Assembly (NCBI GenBank): GCA_001695645.1
Contig: LVZN01000001.1
Location: forward strand, 30,001 to 62,000
DNA: 32,000 nucleotides
Direction: 5' to 3'
Source of the DNA: Erysipelotrichaceae bacterium MTC7
Lineage (GTDB): Bacteria > Bacillota_I > Bacilli_A > Erysipelotrichales > Erysipelotrichaceae
Shown: positions 18,539 to 26,467 of the stretch, in pieces
How positions within the stretch are numbered: the first letter of the stretch is position 1
Layout of the letters: each line of letters starts with the position of its first letter
Notes under the pieces: generated by a model
The model's input: the letters and a program-made list of their open reading frames with translations, nothing else
The model's database searches: none
What the model was told of the DNA's origin: nothing
Program-made: the position numbers and the translations under genes

Positions 18539-20014
18539 CTAATAGAATCTTTTGAATCGGTATGCAACTTTACCAGCCACATATAACACAACTGTATATA
18601 TTGGTAAAACCATATAAATGTATGGCCAACCAAACGTTGAAGTACCTTGTAAGTTTTGAATAGGGTTGCTATACGAGAATGGGTTGTACACATTTCCTGC
18701 ATACATTGTATCTAAAGGTGTTACATACTGTCCACCCACAACGATTGCCACAAAGAGCAAACATGCAAGAATACGGTTGTTGCAGACGGTATTGATGAAC
18801 GTAAACAACATGTAGATAAAAGCCAAATAACAAATCACTGCTGCAAACAACAACAAGTTAAATTGCCATAAGGGTACTAAATCGGAGTTTAACGTAGGTG
18901 TTCCATCCCATAAATCATAGCGCTCAGGACTGTATTCACTCAAACCATAGTGAAGTGTTTTTGAGTCAACTTCCCCACTATAATACAAATCTTCTAGTAC
19001 ATCACTTGTGTTACTTATCGGATTTACTACCATCGCTTCTCGTTCACGAATAATCATTGGGTAGTTGTTGTAATTTGCTTGATCACTAAACAACAGCACC
19101 CCTGAAATCAATACCATTGGAATGCATACCAATAGAAAACTGCTCCACAAACCAGCAATACTCTTCCCGTCAAAACTCAACGTTTTACGACGCGGTTGAA
19201 TCAAAATGGTTTTTAAAGTCCCCTGCTTTTTATCCTTATCAAACAAGTTAAAGAACATGAGTAAAACCATTGCTGGAATTGCAACGGGTAATACATTGGA
19301 AGTAAGTTGATAAAGTACAGTTGCACTATTGATGCTATACGGATTTAACTCCGGAATATGATTGCTATAAATCTCATAAGCATAGCGGAGTTGAAACTGT
19401 GAGCGATAAAATTGATCAGATGTAAAACCCACTTGCGAAGCAACTGAACGAATCTCTTTTTTGAAACTATGCAGTGCTTTTCGTACATCTTTTAAACCGT
19501 ATTCGTCCGCTACACGATTCACGAACGCTATTTGTTTTGAATAATCAATACCACTCAACGGTGAAATTTTGTTGTATTCAAACAATGTCGTGAAAACCGC
19601 TTGTTCAAAATACAAATCAATTCTCTCTTGTTCTGTCAGTTTATTGTTTTTTAAAAGTGCTTCGTTGTTTGTTTGCAAGTTCTCGTAATACGCAACTAAA
19701 ATGGCTTCGTCTTGTGTAAGGTTTTCTTTAAAGCCCTTTTCATCCATGACACCTAGTTCAGAAAACAATGATTGCAATTCCATCGATTGTGGATCAATAT
19801 ACGTAACTTCATCGCTTTGGTCAGTATCGACTTCTTTCGCAAAAGCATTGGTATTTAACGCTTCAAAGATTTGGTTTCCTTCTATACTTTTTTGTTCATC
19901 CTCTTTAATTTCAACAATTGTAAAGACATACACCAACAAGACAAAAACAAGCGCAATCACAAACTTACGACTTTTGATAATGCGTTTGCATTCGTAGTAA
20001 AAGTAGGTCATCAT
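18539..20014 (-). CDS. ABC-2-type transporter permease B (491 aa) with a ~210-aa hydrophilic insert after TM1
   Basis: Its ATG overlaps the permease A stop (ATGA). Topology by eye: TM1 (FVIALVFVLLVYVFTIV), a long acidic/helical insert, then about 5 TMs. The ABC-2-like block KKQGTLKTILIQPRRKTLSFDGK follows TM2. Confidence 0.75.
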   Translation of the reverse strand: MMTYFYYECKRIIKSRKFVIALVFVLLVYVFTIVEIKEDEQKSIEGNQIFEALNTNAFAKEVDTDQSDEVTYIDPQSMELQSLFSELGVMDEKGFKENLTQDEAILVAYYENLQTNNEALLKNNKLTEQERIDLYFEQAVFTTLFEYNKISPLSGIDYSKQIAFVNRVADEYGLKDVRKALHSFKKEIRSVASQVGFTSDQFYRSQFQLRYAYEIYSNHIPELNPYSINSATVLYQLTSNVLPVAIPAMVLLMFFNLFDKDKKQGTLKTILIQPRRKTLSFDGKSIAGLWSSFLLVCIPMVLISGVLLFSDQANYNNYPMIIREREAMVVNPISNTSDVLEDLYYSGEVDSKTLHYGLSEYSPERYDLWDGTPTLNSDLVPLWQFNLLLFAAVICYLAFIYMLFTFINTVCNNRILACLLFVAIVVGGQYVTPLDTMYAGNVYNPFSYSNPIQNLQGTSTFGWPYIYMVLPIYTVVLYVAGKVAYRFKRFY

Positions 20015-21258
20015 ACACGCATCCCCCACTTTCTAAATACCGAAAAATCACCAAAGTCTTTTTGTTTCATCAACTTGATATGAACCAAAAGCAAGACGAT
20101 GACTTGCCCTAAAGCTGCAACTACTCCAAGTAGCAAGTGAAACTCGTTTATGCCTTGGGTGAAGATATCCGGGAAGACATATAAATATGGTAAAAAATAA
20201 AACATAACTGGACTTGTTACATGTAGCAAGCGCATAAAGATGACAACTACCAACACAAATCCACCTACGATCATCGCATTTTCAAAATACGAGAATATGG
20301 TAGAAATACAACCAAGTAATGCACACCATGCTACAATTGCCAACCCCGTTGTCCCAAGTGCATAAAGTAAATAGGTTGAAACAGGCACAACATCCGTCGT
20401 GTTGATGATTTTTGGATAAGCAAAAGAACCAACTCCACCGATGGCACTGGAAACAGCAAACCCAAGTAACACGCAAATACAAAGCATGACAAGCATCACT
20501 AACACATGAAAGACAAACCTTGTAAGAACCAAGCGCGTCCGAGATAGTGGTGCACTCATCAACAGTTTATATGTCTCATTATCATTTTCAGCAGTATCTG
20601 CATAAACCATCCATAACGCAAAGAAACAGAAGATGATAAACAGCGTATACCCATCAAACATGTTAACTAAGAAATTTGTTCCATTGATTACATTGGGACT
20701 ATTATATTCACTCATCTGATGTTCATCTAAATACGTATAAAATGCCTCCTGTGCTTTTAGTTGGGTTTGTAAGCGATCAATAGTTCCTACATACCCTTCT
20801 TCAAATAACTTTAATTTCGTCTGTGTGGATTCAATTTTTGTTTTCACCCAACGTTCTTTCTCTTCATAACGTTGTGGTTTTTGATCATACATCACAGGCA
20901 CAAATAGCATTTGAAATTCATCCTCTAAGACAAAATACGCATCGTCAAACTTCTTCCATTCCGCATAGCTTTCTGCATAGAATTCATCATTTAACCATTC
21001 ATTTTCAGGAACACCTGCATCAATCAAAACTCTTCGTTGCGAATTCACCGCAGCTACACTCGTATCTCCTAAAATGCGCATAGCGGTACGATATGGTTTC
21101 AGCTCCACCAACAGTTGATGATCATACTCAAGTGTTTTTTGATTCGCTTGGTACATGTTATAACCAAACAAACAAAGAATCGCCATAAGTAAGGCTAACA
21201 TGCGCTTACTTGAGACAAACTTTCGCAGCTCATAACGTAGTATATTAGTCTTCATCAT
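20011..21258 (-). CDS. ABC-2-type transporter permease A (415 aa) with a ~190-aa hydrophilic insert after TM1
   Basis: Start MMKTNILRYELRKF at 21258, overlapping the ATPase stop by 14 nt. The ORF-track start at 21369 would run deep into the ATPase gene. Topology: TM1, an insert, then about 5 TMs. The ABC-2-like block is ENDNETYKLLMSAPLSRTRLVL. Confidence 0.75.
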   Translation of the reverse strand: MMKTNILRYELRKFVSSKRMLALLMAILCLFGYNMYQANQKTLEYDHQLLVELKPYRTAMRILGDTSVAAVNSQRRVLIDAGVPENEWLNDEFYAESYAEWKKFDDAYFVLEDEFQMLFVPVMYDQKPQRYEEKERWVKTKIESTQTKLKLFEEGYVGTIDRLQTQLKAQEAFYTYLDEHQMSEYNSPNVINGTNFLVNMFDGYTLFIIFCFFALWMVYADTAENDNETYKLLMSAPLSRTRLVLTRFVFHVLVMLVMLCICVLLGFAVSSAIGGVGSFAYPKIINTTDVVPVSTYLLYALGTTGLAIVAWCALLGCISTIFSYFENAMIVGGFVLVVVIFMRLLHVTSPVMFYFLPYLYVFPDIFTQGINEFHLLLGVVAALGQVIVLLLVHIKLMKQKDFGDFSVFRKWGMRV

Positions 21259-22135
21259 GATAGATATCCTTGTACATCGCTTCGACACTTTGTTCAATTT
21301 TACTAATCTCATGAATTTGAATATTTGCTTCTTGTAACGCTTGTATAACATCCGACAATGTGTGTGCATCTAAATCGATTGTATATTCTGTAAGTATTTC
21401 ATGATAGGTATAAGTTAGTGATAAGCGCTCAAATACTTGCGTTGCATCTTGACTCAGTTTTAATTGATACGTTAGTTTTTGGCTTTTCTCATATGTCGAT
21501 ACATCAACTATTTCACCATTTTTAATATAAATTACACGATCGGCAATTTTCTCAACATCCGATAAGGTGTGACTTGAAAAAAGAAATCCAACTTCTTCAG
21601 TTTTTGCTACTTCTTTTACCATACTCAACAAATCCAAAATACCTGAAGGATCCAAACCATTGGTTGGTTCATCAAGCATAATCACTTTTGGTTGACTCAT
21701 CAATGCAATCGCGATGGCAACTCTTTGTTTCATTCCCATGGAATACTGCCCCACTTTGCGATTGATGTGTTTTCCCAACTTTGTTAGTTCAATCATTTGT
21801 GCAACGCGTTCTTTACTTACACCACGCAAACTTGCAAACAGTTTGATATTATCTTTTCCACTCAATTCTGGATACAGTGCAGGTCCTTCAATTAATGATG
21901 ACTGCTCACGTAACGCTGCAATTCTTTCCTTTTGAATATCATGTCCAAATACTAAAATTTCACCTTGATGAAATTCTGTTAAACCAGCAATGCATTTCAT
22001 TGTTGTACTTTTCCCTGACCCATTTGGCCCAACAAATCCAACGACTTCATGCAAACCGACATGAAAACTAACATCTTTTAAGATTTCACGATTTCCATAA
22101 TTCTTGTATAACCCTTTTACTTCTAATACATTCAT
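21245..22135 (-). CDS. ABC transporter ATP-binding protein (ABC-2 / BcrA-NatA-like subfamily)
   Basis: Walker A GPNGSGKST, Q-loop, signature YSMGMKQRV, Walker B VIMLDEPTNGLD, H-loop SSHTL, and an approximately 90-aa C-terminal extension. I chose ATG at 22135 because the ATG at 22141 abuts the SD AGAGGA. Confidence 0.9.
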   Translation of the reverse strand: MNVLEVKGLYKNYGNREILKDVSFHVGLHEVVGFVGPNGSGKSTTMKCIAGLTEFHQGEILVFGHDIQKERIAALREQSSLIEGPALYPELSGKDNIKLFASLRGVSKERVAQMIELTKLGKHINRKVGQYSMGMKQRVAIAIALMSQPKVIMLDEPTNGLDPSGILDLLSMVKEVAKTEEVGFLFSSHTLSDVEKIADRVIYIKNGEIVDVSTYEKSQKLTYQLKLSQDATQVFERLSLTYTYHEILTEYTIDLDAHTLSDVIQALQEANIQIHEISKIEQSVEAMYKDIYHDED

Positions 22136-22176
22136 ATACATTCCTCTTTTCGAAATGACACACCTACTTATTTATA

Positions 22177-22205
22177 ATCATACACAAAAAAATAGATCCA
22201 CGCAA
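22177..22205 (-). promoter_or_regulatory. Candidate promoter of the ABC-2 cassette
   Basis: Minus strand: TTGCGT (22200-22205), 17 nt spacer, TATGAT (22177-22182). It lies immediately downstream of the tpiA terminator-like hairpin. Confidence 0.4.
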
Positions 22206-22240
22206 AAAAAACGTCTAGATATAATACCCAAACGTTTCTT
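22204..22240 (-). terminator. Possible terminator after tpiA
   Basis: Minus strand: 9-bp stem AAGAAACGU/ACGUUUUUU (one G-U pair) with a large 17-nt loop, running into a U8 tract. The stem-loop geometry is weak. Confidence 0.4.
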
Positions 22241-22250
22241 AGAAATATTA

Positions 22251-22997
22251 CTATTTTACTTTTGACATGATGTCATTGAATGAATCTTCTTTTAAAGAAG
22301 CTCCACCAATTAATGCACCATCGATATCAGGACAAGCCATGTATTCAACAATGTTTTCTGGTTTTACAGATCCACCGTATTGAATACGTACTTTTTCAGC
22401 AGCTACTTCACCGTACATAACTTTTACTTGGTCACGTACGATTGCACAACAGTTTTGTGCATCTTCTTTTGTTGCTGATTTACCAGTTCCGATTGCCCAG
22501 ATTGGTTCGTAAGCAATGACCATGTTAGAAACACATGTTTCGCAAAGGTTTGCTAATGATCCAGTTAATTGTTCACGGATCACTTTTTCAGTTTCTCCAG
22601 CATCGTATTGTGCTTCAGTTTCACCAATACATAAAATTGGTGTCATATCGTTATCGATTAATTTTTTCGCTTTTTTGTTTACTGTTTCATCAGTATCTCC
22701 GAACATTTCTCTTCTTTCAGAGTGTCCGATGATACAGTGTGTAATTCCGATTTCTTTTAACATTGGAACACTAACTTCTCCAGTGAATGCACCATTGTCT
22801 TCGAAGTGACAGTTTTCAGCAGCAACAATTAAGTTTTTTGCAAGTTTGTTTGCTTCGTTTAATGCTAAGAATGATGTCGCAACACCAAAGTCAGCTCCAT
22901 CGTGTGCGTTAGCGTCACATGCTTGAATAAAAGCAGTTGCTTCAGCGATGGTTTTGTTCATTTTCCAGTTTCCAACAATAATAGGTTTTCTAGCCAT
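22251..22997 (-). CDS. tpiA: Triosephosphate isomerase
   Basis: IIVGNWKMNKT, CIIGHSERR, AYEPIWAIGTGKSAT and GGASLK motifs. It starts 9 nt after the pgk stop and has the SD AAGGAGA. Confidence 0.97.
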   Translation of the reverse strand: MARKPIIVGNWKMNKTIAEATAFIQACDANAHDGADFGVATSFLALNEANKLAKNLIVAAENCHFEDNGAFTGEVSVPMLKEIGITHCIIGHSERREMFGDTDETVNKKAKKLIDNDMTPILCIGETEAQYDAGETEKVIREQLTGSLANLCETCVSNMVIAYEPIWAIGTGKSATKEDAQNCCAIVRDQVKVMYGEVAAEKVRIQYGGSVKPENIVEYMACPDIDGALIGGASLKEDSFNDIMSKVK

Positions 22998-23006
22998 GAT
23001 ATCTCC

Positions 23007-24185
23007 TTATTTTTCAGAAATTACCGCAATACCTGGTAATTCTTTTCCTTCCATGTATTCTAATGATGCCCCTCCACCTGTTGAGATGTGAGAGAATTTG
23101 TCAGCAAATCCTAATTGGATTGCAGCAGCAGCACTATCACCACCACCGATAACAGTAGTAGCCCCTGGAAGTTCAGAGATTGCTGTACATACTGCTAAAG
23201 TTCCTTTAGCAAATGGTGCCATTTCGAATACACCCATTGGTCCATTCCAAACAACTGTTTTAGCACCTTTAAGTGTTTCTTCAAATAATGCGATTGATTT
23301 AGGTCCAATATCTAGTCCCATCCATCCTTCAGGAATGTTTCCTTCGATTACTTGTGTATTTGCATCAGCAGCAAATTTGTCAGCACATACACTGTCAACA
23401 GGTAATACAAGTTTGTCTCCAGCTTTTGCTAAGTACTCTTTTGCTAATTCAATTTTATCTTCTTCTACTAGTGAGTTTCCAACTTCAATTCCTTGGGCTT
23501 TAAGGAATGTGTAAGCCATACCACCACCAACGATAACTTTGTCAGCTTTTTTAAGTAGGTTTTCAACTACCATGATTTTATCAGATACTTTTGCTCCCCC
23601 AATGATTGCAACAAATGGGTGAACTGGGTTATCTACAGCTTTACCAAGCATATCAACTTCTTTTTCTACTAAGAATCCTAACGCATTAGGTAAAATTGAA
23701 GGGATTCCAACTGTTGAAGCATGTGCACGGTGAACCGAACCAAATGCGTTTTCAACAAATAAATCACCTAAGCTTGCCCAGTATTTAGATAATTCAGGAT
23801 CGTTTTTCGTTTCTCCTGCTTCGTAACGTGTGTTTTGCATTAGTAATACGTCACCATCTTTTAAGTTAGCAACCATATCTTCTAATTCTTTACCACGAGT
23901 AACTGGACAGAATACTACGTTTACTCCAGGTAGTTTTTTAGCTAAGTCAGTAGCAACAACTTCTAATGAGTTTTTTGCTTTGTCTTCATCCGTTTTAATT
24001 TTCCCTAAGTGAGACATTAAGATAACTTTTGCTTTATTATCAATAAGGTATTGAATTGTAGGTAATGCTTGTACAATTCGGTTGTCATCTGTGATTACTC
24101 CATCTTTTCTAGGAACGTTGAAATCACAACGACAAATGACGCGCTTTCCAGCAACATCTAAATCTTTAACAGTTCTTTTTGCCAT
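23007..24185 (-). CDS. pgk: Phosphoglycerate kinase
   Basis: [44 protein letters not shown] and IGGGDSAAA motifs. 392 aa. Confidence 0.97.
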   Translation of the reverse strand: MAKRTVKDLDVAGKRVICRCDFNVPRKDGVITDDNRIVQALPTIQYLIDNKAKVILMSHLGKIKTDEDKAKNSLEVVATDLAKKLPGVNVVFCPVTRGKELEDMVANLKDGDVLLMQNTRYEAGETKNDPELSKYWASLGDLFVENAFGSVHRAHASTVGIPSILPNALGFLVEKEVDMLGKAVDNPVHPFVAIIGGAKVSDKIMVVENLLKKADKVIVGGGMAYTFLKAQGIEVGNSLVEEDKIELAKEYLAKAGDKLVLPVDSVCADKFAADANTQVIEGNIPEGWMGLDIGPKSIALFEETLKGAKTVVWNGPMGVFEMAPFAKGTLAVCTAISELPGATTVIGGGDSAAAAIQLGFADKFSHISTGGGASLEYMEGKELPGIAVISEK

Positions 24186-24212
24186 AATAGCCTCCTATTT
24201 CGTAACGCATTA

Positions 24213-24241
24213 ATTATAACACTTTGCTTTTTGTAATTAAA
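24213..24241 (-). promoter_or_regulatory. Candidate promoter for pgk-tpiA
   Basis: Minus strand: TTTAAT (24236-24241), 17 nt spacer, extended -10 TGtTATAAT (24213-24221), about 28 nt upstream of the pgk ATG. Confidence 0.45.
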
Positions 24242-24263
24242 GTGCTTTGCGAATTAATTCACA

Positions 24264-24294
24264 TTTACAAAACTTGCCTATTTTAGTGTATAAT
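24264..24294 (+). promoter_or_regulatory. Candidate promoter for the K/Q-rich protein gene
   Basis: TTTACA (24264-24269), 19 nt spacer (long), TATAAT (24289-24294). The SD AGGAG lies 8 nt before ATG 24320. Confidence 0.35.
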
Positions 24295-24319
24295 AGTAAG
24301 GATAACAGGAGATGCATGT

Positions 24320-25198
24320 ATGGAAAAGAAAGAGACAACACAAAAGTCAAATAAGAACCAAAAACCTTATCATAAAAATAAAAAACATCATACCGATAAA
24401 AAGAAACCAGCTGTTAGTCAACAAGCTGCACCAAAGCAAAACAAGCAACACAAAAAACCGACACAACAAGCACAGAGTAATAAACAAACAAAGGTAAAGG
24501 AGCAAACTGCAACAGAAAAACCACGCGTAAGACATAGTCGTTCCAATGGAACTAAACTAAGCAAGTCCAACGTGAATCAACAGCAAAGAAAAAACTTTAC
24601 CCAACAAAGTAAGCCACAAAAAACAAATCATAAAACACAAGGACAAAAGCAAGGTCAGCAACCCAAACCAAAGGAACAAAAACAACGCTTGCACAAAGAT
24701 GTCATTTTGCAAACAAACGAGATCTTCTATACAAGAAATCTTGAACCATTAACGCCTGGTTTTGTCTTCCCTAGCATTTGTATTATGAATGCTAAGGAAG
24801 AAGAAATTGACTTACATGATATTAAAGAACCTAAAGTGTATATTACGTTGCCTTCACTTGAGGACGCAGCAATTGTAAAAGATGTGAAGCGCTTGGAAGT
24901 TTTATTGGAAAAATATCCAGCAGTGAAATTCTACCTCATCACAAATGAGGCTGTATATACACAATTTAGACTTGCAAAAGAAAAACAAATCAAAGGATTT
25001 GAACTTTTATCCGATTTCAAACTTCGCAACTTTGCAAGATATACAGGAACTTATATTTATGAAATTGAAAACTTGGTGAAAGCAATCTTTGTGGTTGATC
25101 ACCACGATCAATTAAAGTATGTAAACTACTACGATGATTTGTATTCAAATTTTGCCGTAGAACTGCTTGATTTAGAGATTGAAAAAATCGATGCATAA
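24320..25198 (+). CDS. Hypothetical protein: ~135-aa Lys/Gln/Asn-rich basic low-complexity N-terminal region fused to a Tpx (thiol peroxidase)-like thioredoxin-fold domain lacking the catalytic cysteines
   Basis: Residues 1-135 contain almost only K, Q, N, T, H, P and S (KSNKNQKPYHKNKKHHTDKKKP...). The C-terminal ~155 aa align by eye to Tpx blocks: ITLPSLEDAAI vs (I/V)xPS(I/L)DTxVC; LLSDFKLRNFARYTG vs TLSD(F/H)R..F...YG; KAIFVVDHHDQLKYVNYY vs AR(A/S)VFV(I/L)D..G.V.Y.E. Confidence 0.6.
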   Translation: MEKKETTQKSNKNQKPYHKNKKHHTDKKKPAVSQQAAPKQNKQHKKPTQQAQSNKQTKVKEQTATEKPRVRHSRSNGTKLSKSNVNQQQRKNFTQQSKPQKTNHKTQGQKQGQQPKPKEQKQRLHKDVILQTNEIFYTRNLEPLTPGFVFPSICIMNAKEEEIDLHDIKEPKVYITLPSLEDAAIVKDVKRLEVLLEKYPAVKFYLITNEAVYTQFRLAKEKQIKGFELLSDFKLRNFARYTGTYIYEIENLVKAIFVVDHHDQLKYVNYYDDLYSNFAVELLDLEIEKIDA

Positions 25199-25226
25199 GA
25201 AAAGAGGCCTTACGCCTCTTTTTTAT
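25197..25226. terminator. Bidirectional terminator between the convergent K/Q-Tpx-like and superoxide reductase genes
   Basis: AAGAGGC-cttac-GCCTCTT, flanked by an A-run on the 5' side and TTTTTT on the 3' side. Confidence 0.7.
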
Positions 25227-25227
25227 A

Positions 25228-25593
25228 TTACATATCTAATTTCCAAAGTCCGTGGATGTTACAGTATTCGTATACAGCAACAACGTCTTCACCTTTGATA
25301 TTGAACTCTGCATATGGTTTATCACCTGGGTTTAAACGTTTCATCATCATTCCATCTTTTGTTTCAACAACGATCATTTCAATCCAGTGAACATCAACCA
25401 TTGGGTGTTCAACTTCTCCAATTTGAACTTTCAATACATCACCATCATTTGAAACAATGTAAGGAACGTGTTTTTCTCCAGCTCCATCTGATGTGTTAGG
25501 TACCAATACTTCATTTTCTTTTCCCGCGCAAACTTTTCCTTCGCTCAACACTGCTACGACTGAGTCGCAACCTTCACATTTTACAAATTGCAT
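25228..25593 (-). CDS. dfx: Superoxide reductase (desulfoferrodoxin-type, 2-domain)
   Basis: Centre II ligand blocks are present: EKHVP, EHPM, VHWIE and YCNIHGLW. The N-terminal desulforedoxin-like segment is KCEGCDSVVAVLSEGKVCAG. The SD AAAGGAG lies upstream. Confidence 0.85.
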   Translation of the reverse strand: MQFVKCEGCDSVVAVLSEGKVCAGKENEVLVPNTSDGAGEKHVPYIVSNDGDVLKVQIGEVEHPMVDVHWIEMIVVETKDGMMMKRLNPGDKPYAEFNIKGEDVVAVYEYCNIHGLWKLDM

Positions 25594-25743
25594 GTTTTTA
25601 ATCTCCTTTATATTATCTTCTATACATTTAGGATAGCATTATATAACTTTTGTTGCATCTAATGTGCTTGCGAAAATCCGACTTGTTAGGTGTCAAAGTT
25701 AATGCAATAGATGATCGCAGAAAACATGATTATAAATATTTCA

Positions 25744-25777
25744 AAAGGGCACTCGACGGTTTTGTCAAATGCCCTTT
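25744..25777 (-). terminator. Rho-independent terminator after the YczE-like gene
   Basis: 14-bp stem (two G-U pairs on the minus-strand RNA) AAAGGGCAUUUGAC-aaaacc-GUCGAGUGCCCUUU, followed by UGAAAUAUUU. Confidence 0.6.
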
Positions 25778-25834
25778 CCTTAATTTTCAAATCAACCAAT
25801 CCGCACTATAGCGCTTTTTGCTTACTATATTCGT

Positions 25835-26467
25835 TTATACAACCGCTGTACATTTTTTTCTCTCTTTTATTCGTTGATTAATAAGTGTTCGAAAGTACGT
25901 AATAAGAGGACCAGTACAAAATGCTGTAATAAGTGTTCCTACTCCGATTGGAGCACCTAACACAAAACCAATAGTCACACAAATACAATCACTAATGATT
26001 CGAATCCATCGAAATGGGATTTTTACATGAAGTTTTGTTTCAATGATAAGTCCTAATGCATCATATGGTGCTATCCCCAAGTCCGCCGACATATATAATG
26101 CAGCCCCAAAACAACATGCAAGTAGACCAAATGCGCAAAAACAAATCATTGTTACTGTGGAATATGGAATTTGTTGAATAGAGTTAAACATGAAATCCAC
26201 TAAATATCCAACAACAAATACTCCTAGAAATGTTCCTAGATGAATCATGGAACGTGCATATCGAATCATCACTAAAAGTAAGATAACATTTGCAATCATT
26301 TGTACTGTACCAAAGTTAACTTGAAGTGTTTGTGCAATTCCTATATTCATCGTCACAAACGGATCAGTTCCTTGCATACTATAACGCATACAAGCAATTC
26401 CCAAACTTAGAATAATTACACCGCTAATGACAAGTCGTACTTGTAAAATCTTATTACTGAGATTCAC
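25835..26467 (-). CDS. YczE/YitT-like integral membrane protein
   Basis: Six hydrophobic segments. The blocks GAALYMSADLGIAPYDALG and GAPIGVGTLITAF resemble B. subtilis YczE. There is no ATG near the 5' end. The candidate starts are GTG 26467 (AGGAA 8 nt upstream, overlapping the symporter stop) and GTG 26500. Confidence 0.7.
   Translation of the reverse strand: MNLSNKILQVRLVISGVIILSLGIACMRYSMQGTDPFVTMNIGIAQTLQVNFGTVQMIANVILLLVMIRYARSMIHLGTFLGVFVVGYLVDFMFNSIQQIPYSTVTMICFCAFGLLACCFGAALYMSADLGIAPYDALGLIIETKLHVKIPFRWIRIISDCICVTIGFVLGAPIGVGTLITAFCTGPLITYFRTLINQRIKERKKCTAVV

Noticed and set aside
18460-18702. An 80-aa minus-strand ORF overlapping the 3' end of permease B.
   Set aside because: It is out of frame with, and mostly inside, the permease gene, and it has no SD.
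21259-21369. The 5' extension of the permease A ORF into the ATPase gene.
   Set aside because: It would overlap the ATPase by more than 120 nt in another frame. MMKTNIL at 21258 gives a typical 14-nt coupled overlap and a normal basic N-terminus before TM1.
24312-24535. An alternative-frame ORF (24312..24497, +) and an antisense ORF (24347..24535, -) in the K/Q-rich region.
   Set aside because: They are artefacts of the A-rich, low-complexity coding sequence. The 24320 frame has the correctly spaced SD and continues into a folded domain.
25594-25834. The 241-bp intergenic region upstream of the superoxide reductase gene, screened for small ORFs, PerR/Rex-type boxes and riboswitch-like structure.
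   Set aside because: I found only the upstream gene's terminator, a TATAAT without a convincing -35, and half-site-like AT-rich strings (TTATAATCAT). There is no ORF with an SD, and nothing I can support.
25997-26007. A tRNA T-arm-like string, GATTCGAATCC.
   Set aside because: It lies inside the YczE-like CDS, and no acceptor, D or anticodon stems can be drawn around it.
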